NCBI GenBank assembly: GCA_026398235.1 | Contig: JAPLTE010000040.1 | Span: 578-64,577 of the forward strand | Reading direction: 5' to 3' | DNA length: 64,000 bases | Source of the DNA: Verrucomicrobiota bacterium | Lineage (GTDB): Bacteria; Verrucomicrobiota; Verrucomicrobiia; Chthoniobacterales; Chthoniobacteraceae | Shown: one piece after another, positions 8,085 to 16,016 of the stretch | Position numbering within the stretch: the first letter of the stretch is position 1 | How the letters are laid out: every line of letters starts with the position of its first letter | Position numbers and translations under genes: made by a program | The notes under the pieces: model-generated | Database searches by the model: none | The model's input: only the letters and a program-made list of their open reading frames with translations | What the model was told of the DNA's origin: nothing

Positions 8085-9345
8085 CGAGGAGTTTACGGAT
8101 GTTTTGAATCAAAGCGCCGCGGGGAATCGGCTTGGGCAGAAAAACTTCTACCATGGTTTTGTTCGGGGGTTCGACAGCGTAACCGGAGGTTAAAATAATT
8201 TTTATCTCCGGCCAACGCTGACGCATGATCTCAGCCATTCTGATTCCTCCCAATAATGGCATAACCATATCAGCGATGACGAGACGAATTTCATTTTTCC
8301 TCTCAAGAACGCCCAAGGCTTCGTCCCCATTGGCTGCACAAATCGCCTGATAACCGAGTTGGGAAACCATTGTGGCCAACGTTTTTCGCGCCGGGCCATC
8401 ATCTTCGACGATTAAAATGTTTTCCCCTTTGCCAAAGGAGACCTCTGGGAGCGGCTTTGCCTCCGGTTCTTGCGGAGGGGGAATCTGGCGCAGGAAAGCC
8501 TCGAAGGTGCTCCCTTGGCCGGGAGTGCTCTCGACGAGGATTTTGCCGCCACTTTGCTCAACGATCTCCGAGCTGAGGAAAAGCCCCAGGCCAAGATTGC
8601 AGCTGGGGGGTTTGCTCGTGAAACTTGGTTCAAAGATCCGACGGATGAGATCTTTGGGTATTCCCACACCGGTGTCGCTGACCGCGAGGCGGAGATAAGA
8701 GCCCGGTGCCAACCCTTCTTGGGCAGGGCGACTGCCGGGTGCCACTACGGCATCCCTGAGTTCAATGCAAAGACGCCCGCCCTGAGGCATCGCCTCGCAG
8801 GCGTTCAGCACGAGGTTGCTTAAAAGCGTTTCAATTTGGCGCGGGTCCGCCATGACCCACCCGCTCTCTTCCTCCAATTCTGTGACGAGTTCGATGTTTT
8901 CGGGGGCCATCCGGCGCAGCATTTTATGGAAGTCGCGCACCAGTTTCTCCACGCGGAGTTCCCGAGGGGCGCTGACCGTGGCGCGGCTGAAATTCAGGAG
9001 TTGCGCGGTGAGCGTCTTGGCCCGCTCGACAGCCCCCATCATCTCGGTGAGATACTGTTGTAACGGGTTGCCCGGATCGATCCCCATCTGAAGAATCTCC
9101 GTGTACCCATGGAAAATCGAGAGCAGGTTATTGTAGTCGTGGGCCACTCCTCCTACGAGCGCGCTAAAGACCTGCATTTTTTGGATTTGATGAAAAAGCG
9201 CCCCGGGTGACTCCGAAGGAGTCGCAGGGGAGGAGATGGAGGGGGGGCTTTTCATTCTTTGCCAGGCAAAGCCGGGCAGACCCCATCTCTCGCACAACAG
9301 GCATGTAGTGGAAAGCCTGATTTTTTTCATTTTGGGAAAATTCAA
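8077..9345 (-). CDS. Hybrid histidine kinase (HisKA-HATPase_c-REC) with almost no sensor domain
   Basis: H-box GGVAHDYNNLLS, N-box LVLNACEAM and G-boxes DTGVGI / GLGLFLS. C-terminal REC (ILIVEDDGP...VIADMVMP...LPKP). 8-nt overlap with the downstream regulator. The true start is uncertain (several Met within the first 55 aa). Confidence 0.82.
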   Translation of the reverse strand: MNFPKMKKIRLSTTCLLCERWGLPGFAWQRMKSPPSISSPATPSESPGALFHQIQKMQVFSALVGGVAHDYNNLLSIFHGYTEILQMGIDPGNPLQQYLTEMMGAVERAKTLTAQLLNFSRATVSAPRELRVEKLVRDFHKMLRRMAPENIELVTELEEESGWVMADPRQIETLLSNLVLNACEAMPQGGRLCIELRDAVVAPGSRPAQEGLAPGSYLRLAVSDTGVGIPKDLIRRIFEPSFTSKPPSCNLGLGLFLSSEIVEQSGGKILVESTPGQGSTFEAFLRQIPPPQEPEAKPLPEVSFGKGENILIVEDDGPARKTLATMVSQLGYQAICAANGDEALGVLERKNEIRLVIADMVMPLLGGIRMAEIMRQRWPEIKIILTSGYAVEPPNKTMVEVFLPKPIPRGALIQNIRKLLDA

Positions 9346-9433
9346 GGTCGCTCCCCGTTTTTTTCACTCCGCACTTGCCAAACCCGGTAAATGCAGGACT
9401 TAGTAAGTGCCTTGCGTTTACCTGCAAACCAAT

Positions 9434-9521
9434 GGAGGGGTGGTAGAGTGGTCTATTGCACCGGTCTTGAAAACCGGCATGCCGCAAGGCATCGTGGGTT
9501 CGAATCCCACCCCCTCCGCCA
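9434..9521 (+). tRNA. tRNA-Ser (anticodon UGA), CCA encoded
   Basis: Acceptor stem is GGAGGGG/CCCCTCC. Anticodon stem-loop is CCGGT-CTTGAAA-ACCGG (anticodon TGA). It has a long variable arm (CATGCCGCAAGGCATCG), a T arm GTGGG-TTCGAAT-CCCAC, discriminator G, then CCA. Confidence 0.9.
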
Positions 9522-9596
9522 CGCCGTGGAGATTGGGCTTCAGGAAGGGCCCTGGTTCCGTTCAAAAATGAGCTGCTCTGTTTTAACCCGCAATCT

Positions 9597-11399
9597 GTGA
9601 CCCCCACCGGCATGCCCTTTTCCATCCGGCTGAAAGTTTTGCTTGGCTTTGGACTGGCTATTCTGGCGGTGGGCATCATTGCGTTTTTGTCCATCCAGAG
9701 CACGCGCTTGTTTATCCGCACCGCAGAGTGGGTTTCCCGCACCCACCTCGTGCTGGAAACGCACGAATCGATGTTGCGGCATTTGATGGAAGCCGAAAGC
9801 GCCGCGCGCGGCTATCTCATCAGCGGCGATGAGTTGCTCCTGAATTCTTTCCAGCAAGCTGCGGCAGAGGGGATCAGCGATGCCGAGGCGCTCCGCTCGA
9901 TGCTGGCCGACCAACCAGGGCAACGCGCCCGGTTGGCCACCATTCAAAAACGGATGGAGCGCAAACTGCGCACCTTGCGGGATTTGATCGAGGGGCGCGG
10001 CGGAGATGCAAACGCCCGTTTTTCCGCAATGGGGCAGGAAGGTTCCATGCTCGAACTGCGCTCTTTGATGGCGGAGTTCGAACTGGAGGAAGAGCGCCTG
10101 CTGGGGGAGCGCGCGGGACTGACCCACCAGATCGGCAAAGAGACGATGGGGCGCATCCTTCTCGGCTCCGGTGCCACGGCCGCACTGCTCCTGGTAGCTC
10201 TCGCCCTCATCCTGCACGACATTGCGGCGCGCCGCCGCGCGGAAGCGTTGCTGGCCCAGGAACGCAACCTCCTGCGCAGCCTCATTGATGCGATCCCCGA
10301 CCACATCTTTGTCAAAGACCCCCAAGGCCGCTACGTGCTGGATAATGTCGCGCATCGGCGCTTCCTGAATCTTTCCGATCCCGACCAACTGGTGGGGCGC
10401 ACCGCTTCGGATTTTTTCCCCAAGGAGATCGCCGCAATCTACGACGCCGACGACCAGAGTGTGCTTTCCTCGGGCAATCCGATCTTGAACCGGGAGGAAC
10501 CCGCCGCGACCGCAGAAGGCAAAATGATCTGGCTTTCGACCACCAAAGTCCCCCTGCGCGACGTGACCGGGCAGCGGCTGATCGGCTTGGTGTGCGTGAA
10601 CTCGGATATCAGCGAACGCAAGCTGGCAGAGGAAAAAATGCGCGTTTTCGCCGCCCAGCTCGAGCGCAGCAATGGCGAGTTGAGAGATTTTGCCAGCGTC
10701 GCCTCACACGATCTGCAGGAGCCGCTGCGAAAGATTCAAGCCTTCGCGGATCGGCTCCGGCTCAAATGTGCCGACGCGCTGGAGGAACAGGGGCTTGATT
10801 ACTTGGAAAGGATTCAGAATGCGGCAGGGCGGATGCAGACGCTTATTCAGGATTTGTTGACGCTCTCCTATGTCACCAGCCGGGCCCAGCCGTTTGTGCA
10901 GGTCGATCTTGGCGAGGTGCTCCAAGGCGTCCTTTCCGACCTCGAAGTGCGAATCGAACAGGACGCGGCAAAGATCGAAGTCGGCCCCATGGCCACGATC
11001 GACGCCGATCCGGTGCAAATGCGCCAGCTATTCCAAAACCTCCTCAGCAACGCGCTCAAGTTCCACAAGCCGGGGCAGCCTCCGGAAGTGACGATCTCGG
11101 CCCGGGTGGTGCCCGCACCGGAGCAGGCGTTGGCGCCGGGAACCGGGCAGGGAGAGGAAATTTGCCAGATTGTGGTGGCCGACAACGGCATCGGTTTCGA
11201 CGAGCAATATGTGGAGCAGGTCTTTACGCTTTTCCAGCGCTTGCACAGCCGCGAGGAATACGAAGGCACAGGAATCGGCCTCGCCGTGTGCCGAAAAATT
11301 GCACATCGCCACGGTGGGAGTATTGTTGCTAAAAGCGAAAAAGGTCAGGGAGCGACTTTCATCATCAAACTTCCTGTCAAACAGATTACAAAGTCATGA
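9597..11399 (+). CDS. Sensor histidine kinase, CHASE3-TM-PAS-HisKA-HATPase_c
   Basis: N-terminal TM plus CHASE3-like segment (WVSRTHLVLETHESMLRHLMEAESAARGYLISGDE). PAS (SLIDAIPDHIFVKDPQGRYVL), H-box ASVASHDLQEPLR, then DNGIGF and GTGIGLA. Confidence 0.9.
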   Translation: MTPTGMPFSIRLKVLLGFGLAILAVGIIAFLSIQSTRLFIRTAEWVSRTHLVLETHESMLRHLMEAESAARGYLISGDELLLNSFQQAAAEGISDAEALRSMLADQPGQRARLATIQKRMERKLRTLRDLIEGRGGDANARFSAMGQEGSMLELRSLMAEFELEEERLLGERAGLTHQIGKETMGRILLGSGATAALLLVALALILHDIAARRRAEALLAQERNLLRSLIDAIPDHIFVKDPQGRYVLDNVAHRRFLNLSDPDQLVGRTASDFFPKEIAAIYDADDQSVLSSGNPILNREEPAATAEGKMIWLSTTKVPLRDVTGQRLIGLVCVNSDISERKLAEEKMRVFAAQLERSNGELRDFASVASHDLQEPLRKIQAFADRLRLKCADALEEQGLDYLERIQNAAGRMQTLIQDLLTLSYVTSRAQPFVQVDLGEVLQGVLSDLEVRIEQDAAKIEVGPMATIDADPVQMRQLFQNLLSNALKFHKPGQPPEVTISARVVPAPEQALAPGTGQGEEICQIVVADNGIGFDEQYVEQVFTLFQRLHSREEYEGTGIGLAVCRKIAHRHGGSIVAKSEKGQGATFIIKLPVKQITKS

Positions 11400-11851
11400 G
11401 CAAACACGGAAAAGCGATTACCATTTTAATGGCCGACGACGACGACGACGATCGCCGTTTGACGCGCGAGGCGCTCTTGGAAGGGCGGCTTGCCAACGAT
11501 TTGCGCTTCGTCGAGAACGGCGAGGAGCTCATGGATTACTTGCGCCACCAGGGCAATTACGCCGACACGGATGTCCCTCGCCCCGGATTGATTTTGCTGG
11601 ACTTGAACATGCCGCGCAAAGACGGGCGCACGGTGCTCAAAGAGATAAAGAGCGACCCGGAATTGCGCCAGATTCCCGTGGTGGTTTTGACGACCTCGCA
11701 CGCTGACGAAGATATTTTCAAATCGTATGATCTCGGGGTCAACTCCTACATCATAAAACCGGTCACCTTTGAGGCGTTGGTGGATATTCTCCAGACGCTG
11801 GAAAAATATTGGTTCGAGATCGTCGAATTGCCGCCCGAGAGCGGGTTATAG
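11396..11851 (+). CDS. Single-domain response regulator (receiver only)
   Basis: ILMADDDDDD...LILLDLNMPRKDG...VVVLTTS...YIIKP. ATGA overlap with the kinase stop. Confidence 0.9.
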   Translation: MSKHGKAITILMADDDDDDRRLTREALLEGRLANDLRFVENGEELMDYLRHQGNYADTDVPRPGLILLDLNMPRKDGRTVLKEIKSDPELRQIPVVVLTTSHADEDIFKSYDLGVNSYIIKPVTFEALVDILQTLEKYWFEIVELPPESGL

Positions 11852-11954
11852 GGAATCAGCCGCAAAAAGGCACAAAAAGCGCAAATAAATGAAGGGCTGA
11901 GTCCGTCGAAGGCATGACGGGTTGCCATTCCAAGAGCAACCGAGCGTCTTCTCT

Positions 11955-12563
11955 TTAATACCGCAACACCGGGGAATTGCGATAGCCGTATCGGAATGGG
12001 TCAGGCGTGATGGTGAGCGCAATCAACTCCGCCGTGTTCCGGAAATCAAACGGCAGCGGATAACCCAGGCCGGGTTTGTAGATCGAGCCATACGGAGACT
12101 TTTGGGTGCCTGCGGCCACGTCAAACTCATAGACGACCGCTCCGCGCTGGCAGAGATCGCGGATGCGGATGTGGAGATTGATGCAGGAGTCGCGCGGGCC
12201 CGTAACACATGGGTTCCACCATCCCGGTGAATACCCGCTTTGAACTTGTTGAAATTCGCCGTCCACCAGCCACCCCAGCGGGGCATACTCGTCAGGCTCC
12301 AAAACTCTGGACGGGGCGATTTTTGCGAGTTCTTCCTGAAGGTCGTTGGCGAATTCGACGGGGGCGAGCGCTTGGCGGATCGGCTTGGCGCCATCGTTCA
12401 CGCATGGGTCAAATGATGCGCATGCGATGCGAAACGGACGGATGTAGATGGCTTTGGGAGGAGGGGCATCGATCATCGCGCGATCCGTGTGCGTTACGCG
12501 GACGTCCGGGCTGGCGCATGAGGCCAGGGCAACCGAAAGGAGGGCGAGGCCGGCTGTTTTCAT
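11955..12563 (-). CDS. Putative lipoprotein, unknown function
   Basis: MKTAGLALLSVALASC is a lipobox signal peptide. Start ATG 12563 chosen because upstream ORF residues lack signal-peptide character. Confidence 0.6.
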   Translation of the reverse strand: MKTAGLALLSVALASCASPDVRVTHTDRAMIDAPPPKAIYIRPFRIACASFDPCVNDGAKPIRQALAPVEFANDLQEELAKIAPSRVLEPDEYAPLGWLVDGEFQQVQSGYSPGWWNPCVTGPRDSCINLHIRIRDLCQRGAVVYEFDVAAGTQKSPYGSIYKPGLGYPLPFDFRNTAELIALTITPDPFRYGYRNSPVLRY

Positions 12564-12768
12564 AATCCGTATCAATACCCGCCCCCCTGATTCGTTTCTG
12601 GCGGGCGAAAAAGGAGCGATCATGAGCATTCCAGTGCTCAAACAGGCAATGGCCTATGGGATTAGGAGGATTGCATCACCCGCTGCCGGGGAATTCCATG
12701 AATCCTGCCTTCGGCTGCGTTTTTTCATGGCATCCCTCAGACCGTTGTCGCTATCTTTCCTGTGAGAC

Positions 12769-14025
12769 ATGGAGTTTTTCCTTTTCGCGGCGCTTCTTGG
12801 CGCGTTCATTCTGATCTCCGCCTTTTTTTCGGCGATGGAGACTGCCTTTTTTTCTTTGCAGCCGGTTCAGATTCGCCGTCTCGAAAACACCGCGTTGGCG
12901 CAAACCGTGGAACGGTTGTTGGCGAATCCGCGCCGACTCCTGAGCGCACTTTTGCTGGGAGACGCCTGTGCCAACCTGCCGTTGATCCTTCTCTGCCTCT
13001 ATCTCCTGCGGGAAACGACCCGCACCGGCCCGCCGTTTTGGGTCAGCGCTCTCGGCATTTTCGCCTTGGTCGTTCTGTTTTGTGATCTGCTGCCCAAAGC
13101 GCTCGCTTTGCGGGCTCCGCTGCGGGTGGCGGCGTTCGGGGCGCGGGCGCTGGATTGGATGCTGCCGTGGCTCGATCCCGTTAGCAGACGCTTGCAAACC
13201 GCCAGTGAACGGGTCGCCGATGCGCTAACTCCCAAGGGGTTTGACACGCCCAAGCCTTTGGATGCCGAAGAGCTGGAAACCCTCATTGAACTAAGCGCGG
13301 AGGAAGGGGCGCTCCATCTGACCGAAAGCGAGATCATCCAGGAAGTCCTCAAGCTCGGCGACAAAACCGCCCGCGACTGCATGACGCCTCGCATCGACAT
13401 GTTCGCCATTCCGGACGACCTCACCAATGAGCAGGCGCTGGAGCAACTCCGCACCAAACGGTTCCGCCGGGTTCCCGTCTATGCCGATTCGCCGGACAAC
13501 ATTCTCGGGCTGCTCGACGTGAAGCGGTTCCTGCTGGCTCCTGAACTGCATTTCACCGAGCAGCTCACGCCCCCCAGTTATGTCTCGGAGACAATGAAGG
13601 CGCTCGACCTGCTGCGCAGCTTCCTGACGCACCCGCAGCGGCTCGCCATCGTGGTGGACGAGTTTGGTGGAACGGAAGGGATTGTGGCCCTGCCTGATGT
13701 GGTGGAGCAAATCATCTCGGATGCCATTCCCTCGGCCGACGAGGATCTCTATATTGAGAGCGCCGGGGGTGGGCGCCTCATTGTCGCAGGAAACGCCCGG
13801 TTGGACGACTTGAGCGAACACGTGGGGATCGATCTGGAGACGGAAGGGATCGACACCATCGGCGGTCTTCTTTTCAACCAACTCGGTTCGCTGCCTCGCC
13901 CCGGAGAGGTTGTGGTCATCAAGGGATTGCGGTTCATCATCCGGCGCGTCACCCGCAAACGCATTCACGAAATCATGGTGGAAATCCCGCCTGCGCTTGT
14001 TGCCAGCGAGGAGGAAAACGAATGA
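12769..14025 (+). CDS. CNNM/HlyC-CorC family transporter-associated protein (DUF21 + CBS pair + CorC_HlyC)
   Basis: N-terminal DUF21 TM region (SAFFSAMETAFFSL), a CBS pair (ARDCMTPRIDMF...), and a C-terminal CorC_HlyC-like domain (IDTIGGLLFNQLGSLPRPGE). Confidence 0.9.
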   Translation: MEFFLFAALLGAFILISAFFSAMETAFFSLQPVQIRRLENTALAQTVERLLANPRRLLSALLLGDACANLPLILLCLYLLRETTRTGPPFWVSALGIFALVVLFCDLLPKALALRAPLRVAAFGARALDWMLPWLDPVSRRLQTASERVADALTPKGFDTPKPLDAEELETLIELSAEEGALHLTESEIIQEVLKLGDKTARDCMTPRIDMFAIPDDLTNEQALEQLRTKRFRRVPVYADSPDNILGLLDVKRFLLAPELHFTEQLTPPSYVSETMKALDLLRSFLTHPQRLAIVVDEFGGTEGIVALPDVVEQIISDAIPSADEDLYIESAGGGRLIVAGNARLDDLSEHVGIDLETEGIDTIGGLLFNQLGSLPRPGEVVVIKGLRFIIRRVTRKRIHEIMVEIPPALVASEEENE

Positions 14026-14966
14026 TTTTTTGGCTGGCGATCGCGGGTTTGCTGCTCGTTTCGTTTGTCTTTTCCGGAATTGAGGCCGGGATTCTGAGCC
14101 TGAACCGCGTCCGGCTGCGCAATCGGGTCAAACATCGCGATCCCGCCGCCATGCGCCTCCAGAAGCTCCTGAAGGAACCGGAGCGTCTGCTGCTGACGGT
14201 CGTCATTGTCACGAACCTGGCGAATCTTTTCGCCATCACCCTCGCCACCGCGGAACTGGTGCGGCACTGGGGACACGCGGGGTATCTCATTGCGCTCCTC
14301 GTTTTTCTGCCGCTGTATCTCTTCGGCTTGGAACTCTTCCCGAAGTCTCTTTTCCGGCGCTTCCCGATGCGTGCCCTGGCTTCTTTGGCCGCCCCACTCC
14401 GCTTGGCCTATCTTGCGCTTGGCCCCGTGATGCGGATCGCGGCCGGGCTCGGCCGATGGCTCTTTCCGCCGGTCCCGGACGAATCGCGTAAATTATTCGC
14501 TGCCCGCGAGGATTTTAAATACGTCACGCTCGAAACCGAACGTGCCGGGGCGATCACCCCGACGGAACGCCGGTTGATTCACGGGATCGTCGATTTCCGC
14601 TCCGTCTGCGCGCGAGACTTGATGCAGCCGCTCCCGGATTTTCCGACCATTCACGAAGGGGCGACGATTGAAGAACTCATTGAGGCGAGCCGCGACGGCA
14701 GCCTGGAGCGCTTTCTCGTGGTTTCGGCAGGGGGCGAAATTCTCGGGATGGTCTCGTTATTTGAAGCGATCCTCGCGCGCGCACCCGGCGCAAAAATCAG
14801 TTCGCATATGCGTCGGATCGCCTCCGTTCCGGCCACCGAATCCGTGCTGAAAGTTTTGAGAAAATTGCGCACGGCCCGGACCCGGGTGGCGCTTGTGGTG
14901 GATGGCGAAACCCCGAAGGGATTGCTGTTCGCCGAAGATCTCTACCGGCGGTTGGTTTCGGGCTAG
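14022..14966 (+). CDS. DUF21 + CBS domain membrane protein (lacks CorC_HlyC domain)
   Basis: FSGIEAGILSLNRVRLR is DUF21-type. The CBS region is ARDLMQPLPDF.... ATGA overlap with the upstream paralogue. Confidence 0.85.
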   Translation: MIFWLAIAGLLLVSFVFSGIEAGILSLNRVRLRNRVKHRDPAAMRLQKLLKEPERLLLTVVIVTNLANLFAITLATAELVRHWGHAGYLIALLVFLPLYLFGLELFPKSLFRRFPMRALASLAAPLRLAYLALGPVMRIAAGLGRWLFPPVPDESRKLFAAREDFKYVTLETERAGAITPTERRLIHGIVDFRSVCARDLMQPLPDFPTIHEGATIEELIEASRDGSLERFLVVSAGGEILGMVSLFEAILARAPGAKISSHMRRIASVPATESVLKVLRKLRTARTRVALVVDGETPKGLLFAEDLYRRLVSG

Positions 14967-15020
14967 AACGGCGCATTCACGTCCGATGCACATCCCTGTC
15001 CCGTAAATTTTTGGTGAGGG

Positions 15021-15974
15021 ATGCGTTACAAAAATCCTGTTTATGGCCGATATTTCGCCGATCCGTTCGTCTGGCGGTTGGGTAACGAATATTTTGCGGT
15101 CGGCACAGGCCGGGAGGAAGCCGGTGGGGTCGATGAGGTGGCGGGCTGGGTCTTTCCGCTTCTGCATTCGCGCGATCTCGTGTATTGGGAGCGGGTGGGG
15201 GAGGCTTTGGAGCGGCCCGATCCTTCGCTGGGCAACACGTATTGGGCTCCCGAGGTGGCAGTGCACGGCGGGTGGCATTGGATGTACTATTCAATAGGGG
15301 TCGGCGACAAACGTCACCAGATCCGCGCCGCAGTGGCGGGCGATCCGCTGGGACCTTACCGCGATGTGGACGCGAATCCTTTGGTGGCTCCCAACGATCT
15401 GCCGTTTGCCATTGATCCGCATCCGTTCCGGGATGAAGACGGGGCGTGGTATCTGTTTTACGCGCGTGATTTTCTCGATTCCGCAGAGGGGGTCCGGGCG
15501 GGAACGGCGCTCATGGTGGATCGGCTTGAGCGTATGGATCGCGTCGCGGGCCAACCGCATGTCGTCGTCCGCGCCCGGCATGATTGGCAGCGCTTCATGG
15601 TGGACCGGCCCATGTATGGCGGCGTGTATGACTGGCACACATTGGAAGGGCCGTGTGTGGTGAAGCACGACGGGCGCTATTACTGTTTTTACAGCGCGGG
15701 CCGTTGGGAAAACGAAACCTATGGGGTCGACTACGCAGTGGCGGATCATGTGTTGGGGCCGTATTCCGACGCCGGGAACGAAGCCGGGCCGCGGGTGCTC
15801 AAGACGGTTCCCGGCAAAGTGCTCGGGCCGGGCCACAACAGCCTGGTGAAAGGGCCGGACGGGCACGATTACCTGGCCTATCATGCTTGGGATCCTGCAA
15901 TGTCGGGGCGGCGCTTGTGCATCGACCGGCTCCAGTGGACGAAGGATGGCCCGCGCTCGAAGGTGACGTTCTGA
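15021..15974 (+). CDS. Glycoside hydrolase family 43-like protein (no signal peptide)
   Basis: N-terminal NPVYGRYFADPFVW matches the GH43 NPxxxxxxADP signature. Repeated WAPE/W..Y beta-propeller-like segments. Confidence 0.72.
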   Translation: MRYKNPVYGRYFADPFVWRLGNEYFAVGTGREEAGGVDEVAGWVFPLLHSRDLVYWERVGEALERPDPSLGNTYWAPEVAVHGGWHWMYYSIGVGDKRHQIRAAVAGDPLGPYRDVDANPLVAPNDLPFAIDPHPFRDEDGAWYLFYARDFLDSAEGVRAGTALMVDRLERMDRVAGQPHVVVRARHDWQRFMVDRPMYGGVYDWHTLEGPCVVKHDGRYYCFYSAGRWENETYGVDYAVADHVLGPYSDAGNEAGPRVLKTVPGKVLGPGHNSLVKGPDGHDYLAYHAWDPAMSGRRLCIDRLQWTKDGPRSKVTF

Positions 15975-16016
15975 GGGCAATTGCGTCTTCGCGCCAATTC
16001 CGTTACCGTCCCCTGG

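Noticed and set aside
9346-9600. tRNA-Ser as a possible genomic-island integration site
   Set aside because: No integrase, recombinase or phage genes flank it. I saw no direct repeat of the tRNA 3' end nearby. The neighbours are ordinary two-component system genes.
11860-11900. A-rich GCACAAAAA/GCGCAAA-like short repeats (also about 19662-19695), considered as further members of the tandem-repeat-stem hairpin class
   Set aside because: No complementary partner arm is present nearby, so they do not form the palindromic structure that defines the other four elements.
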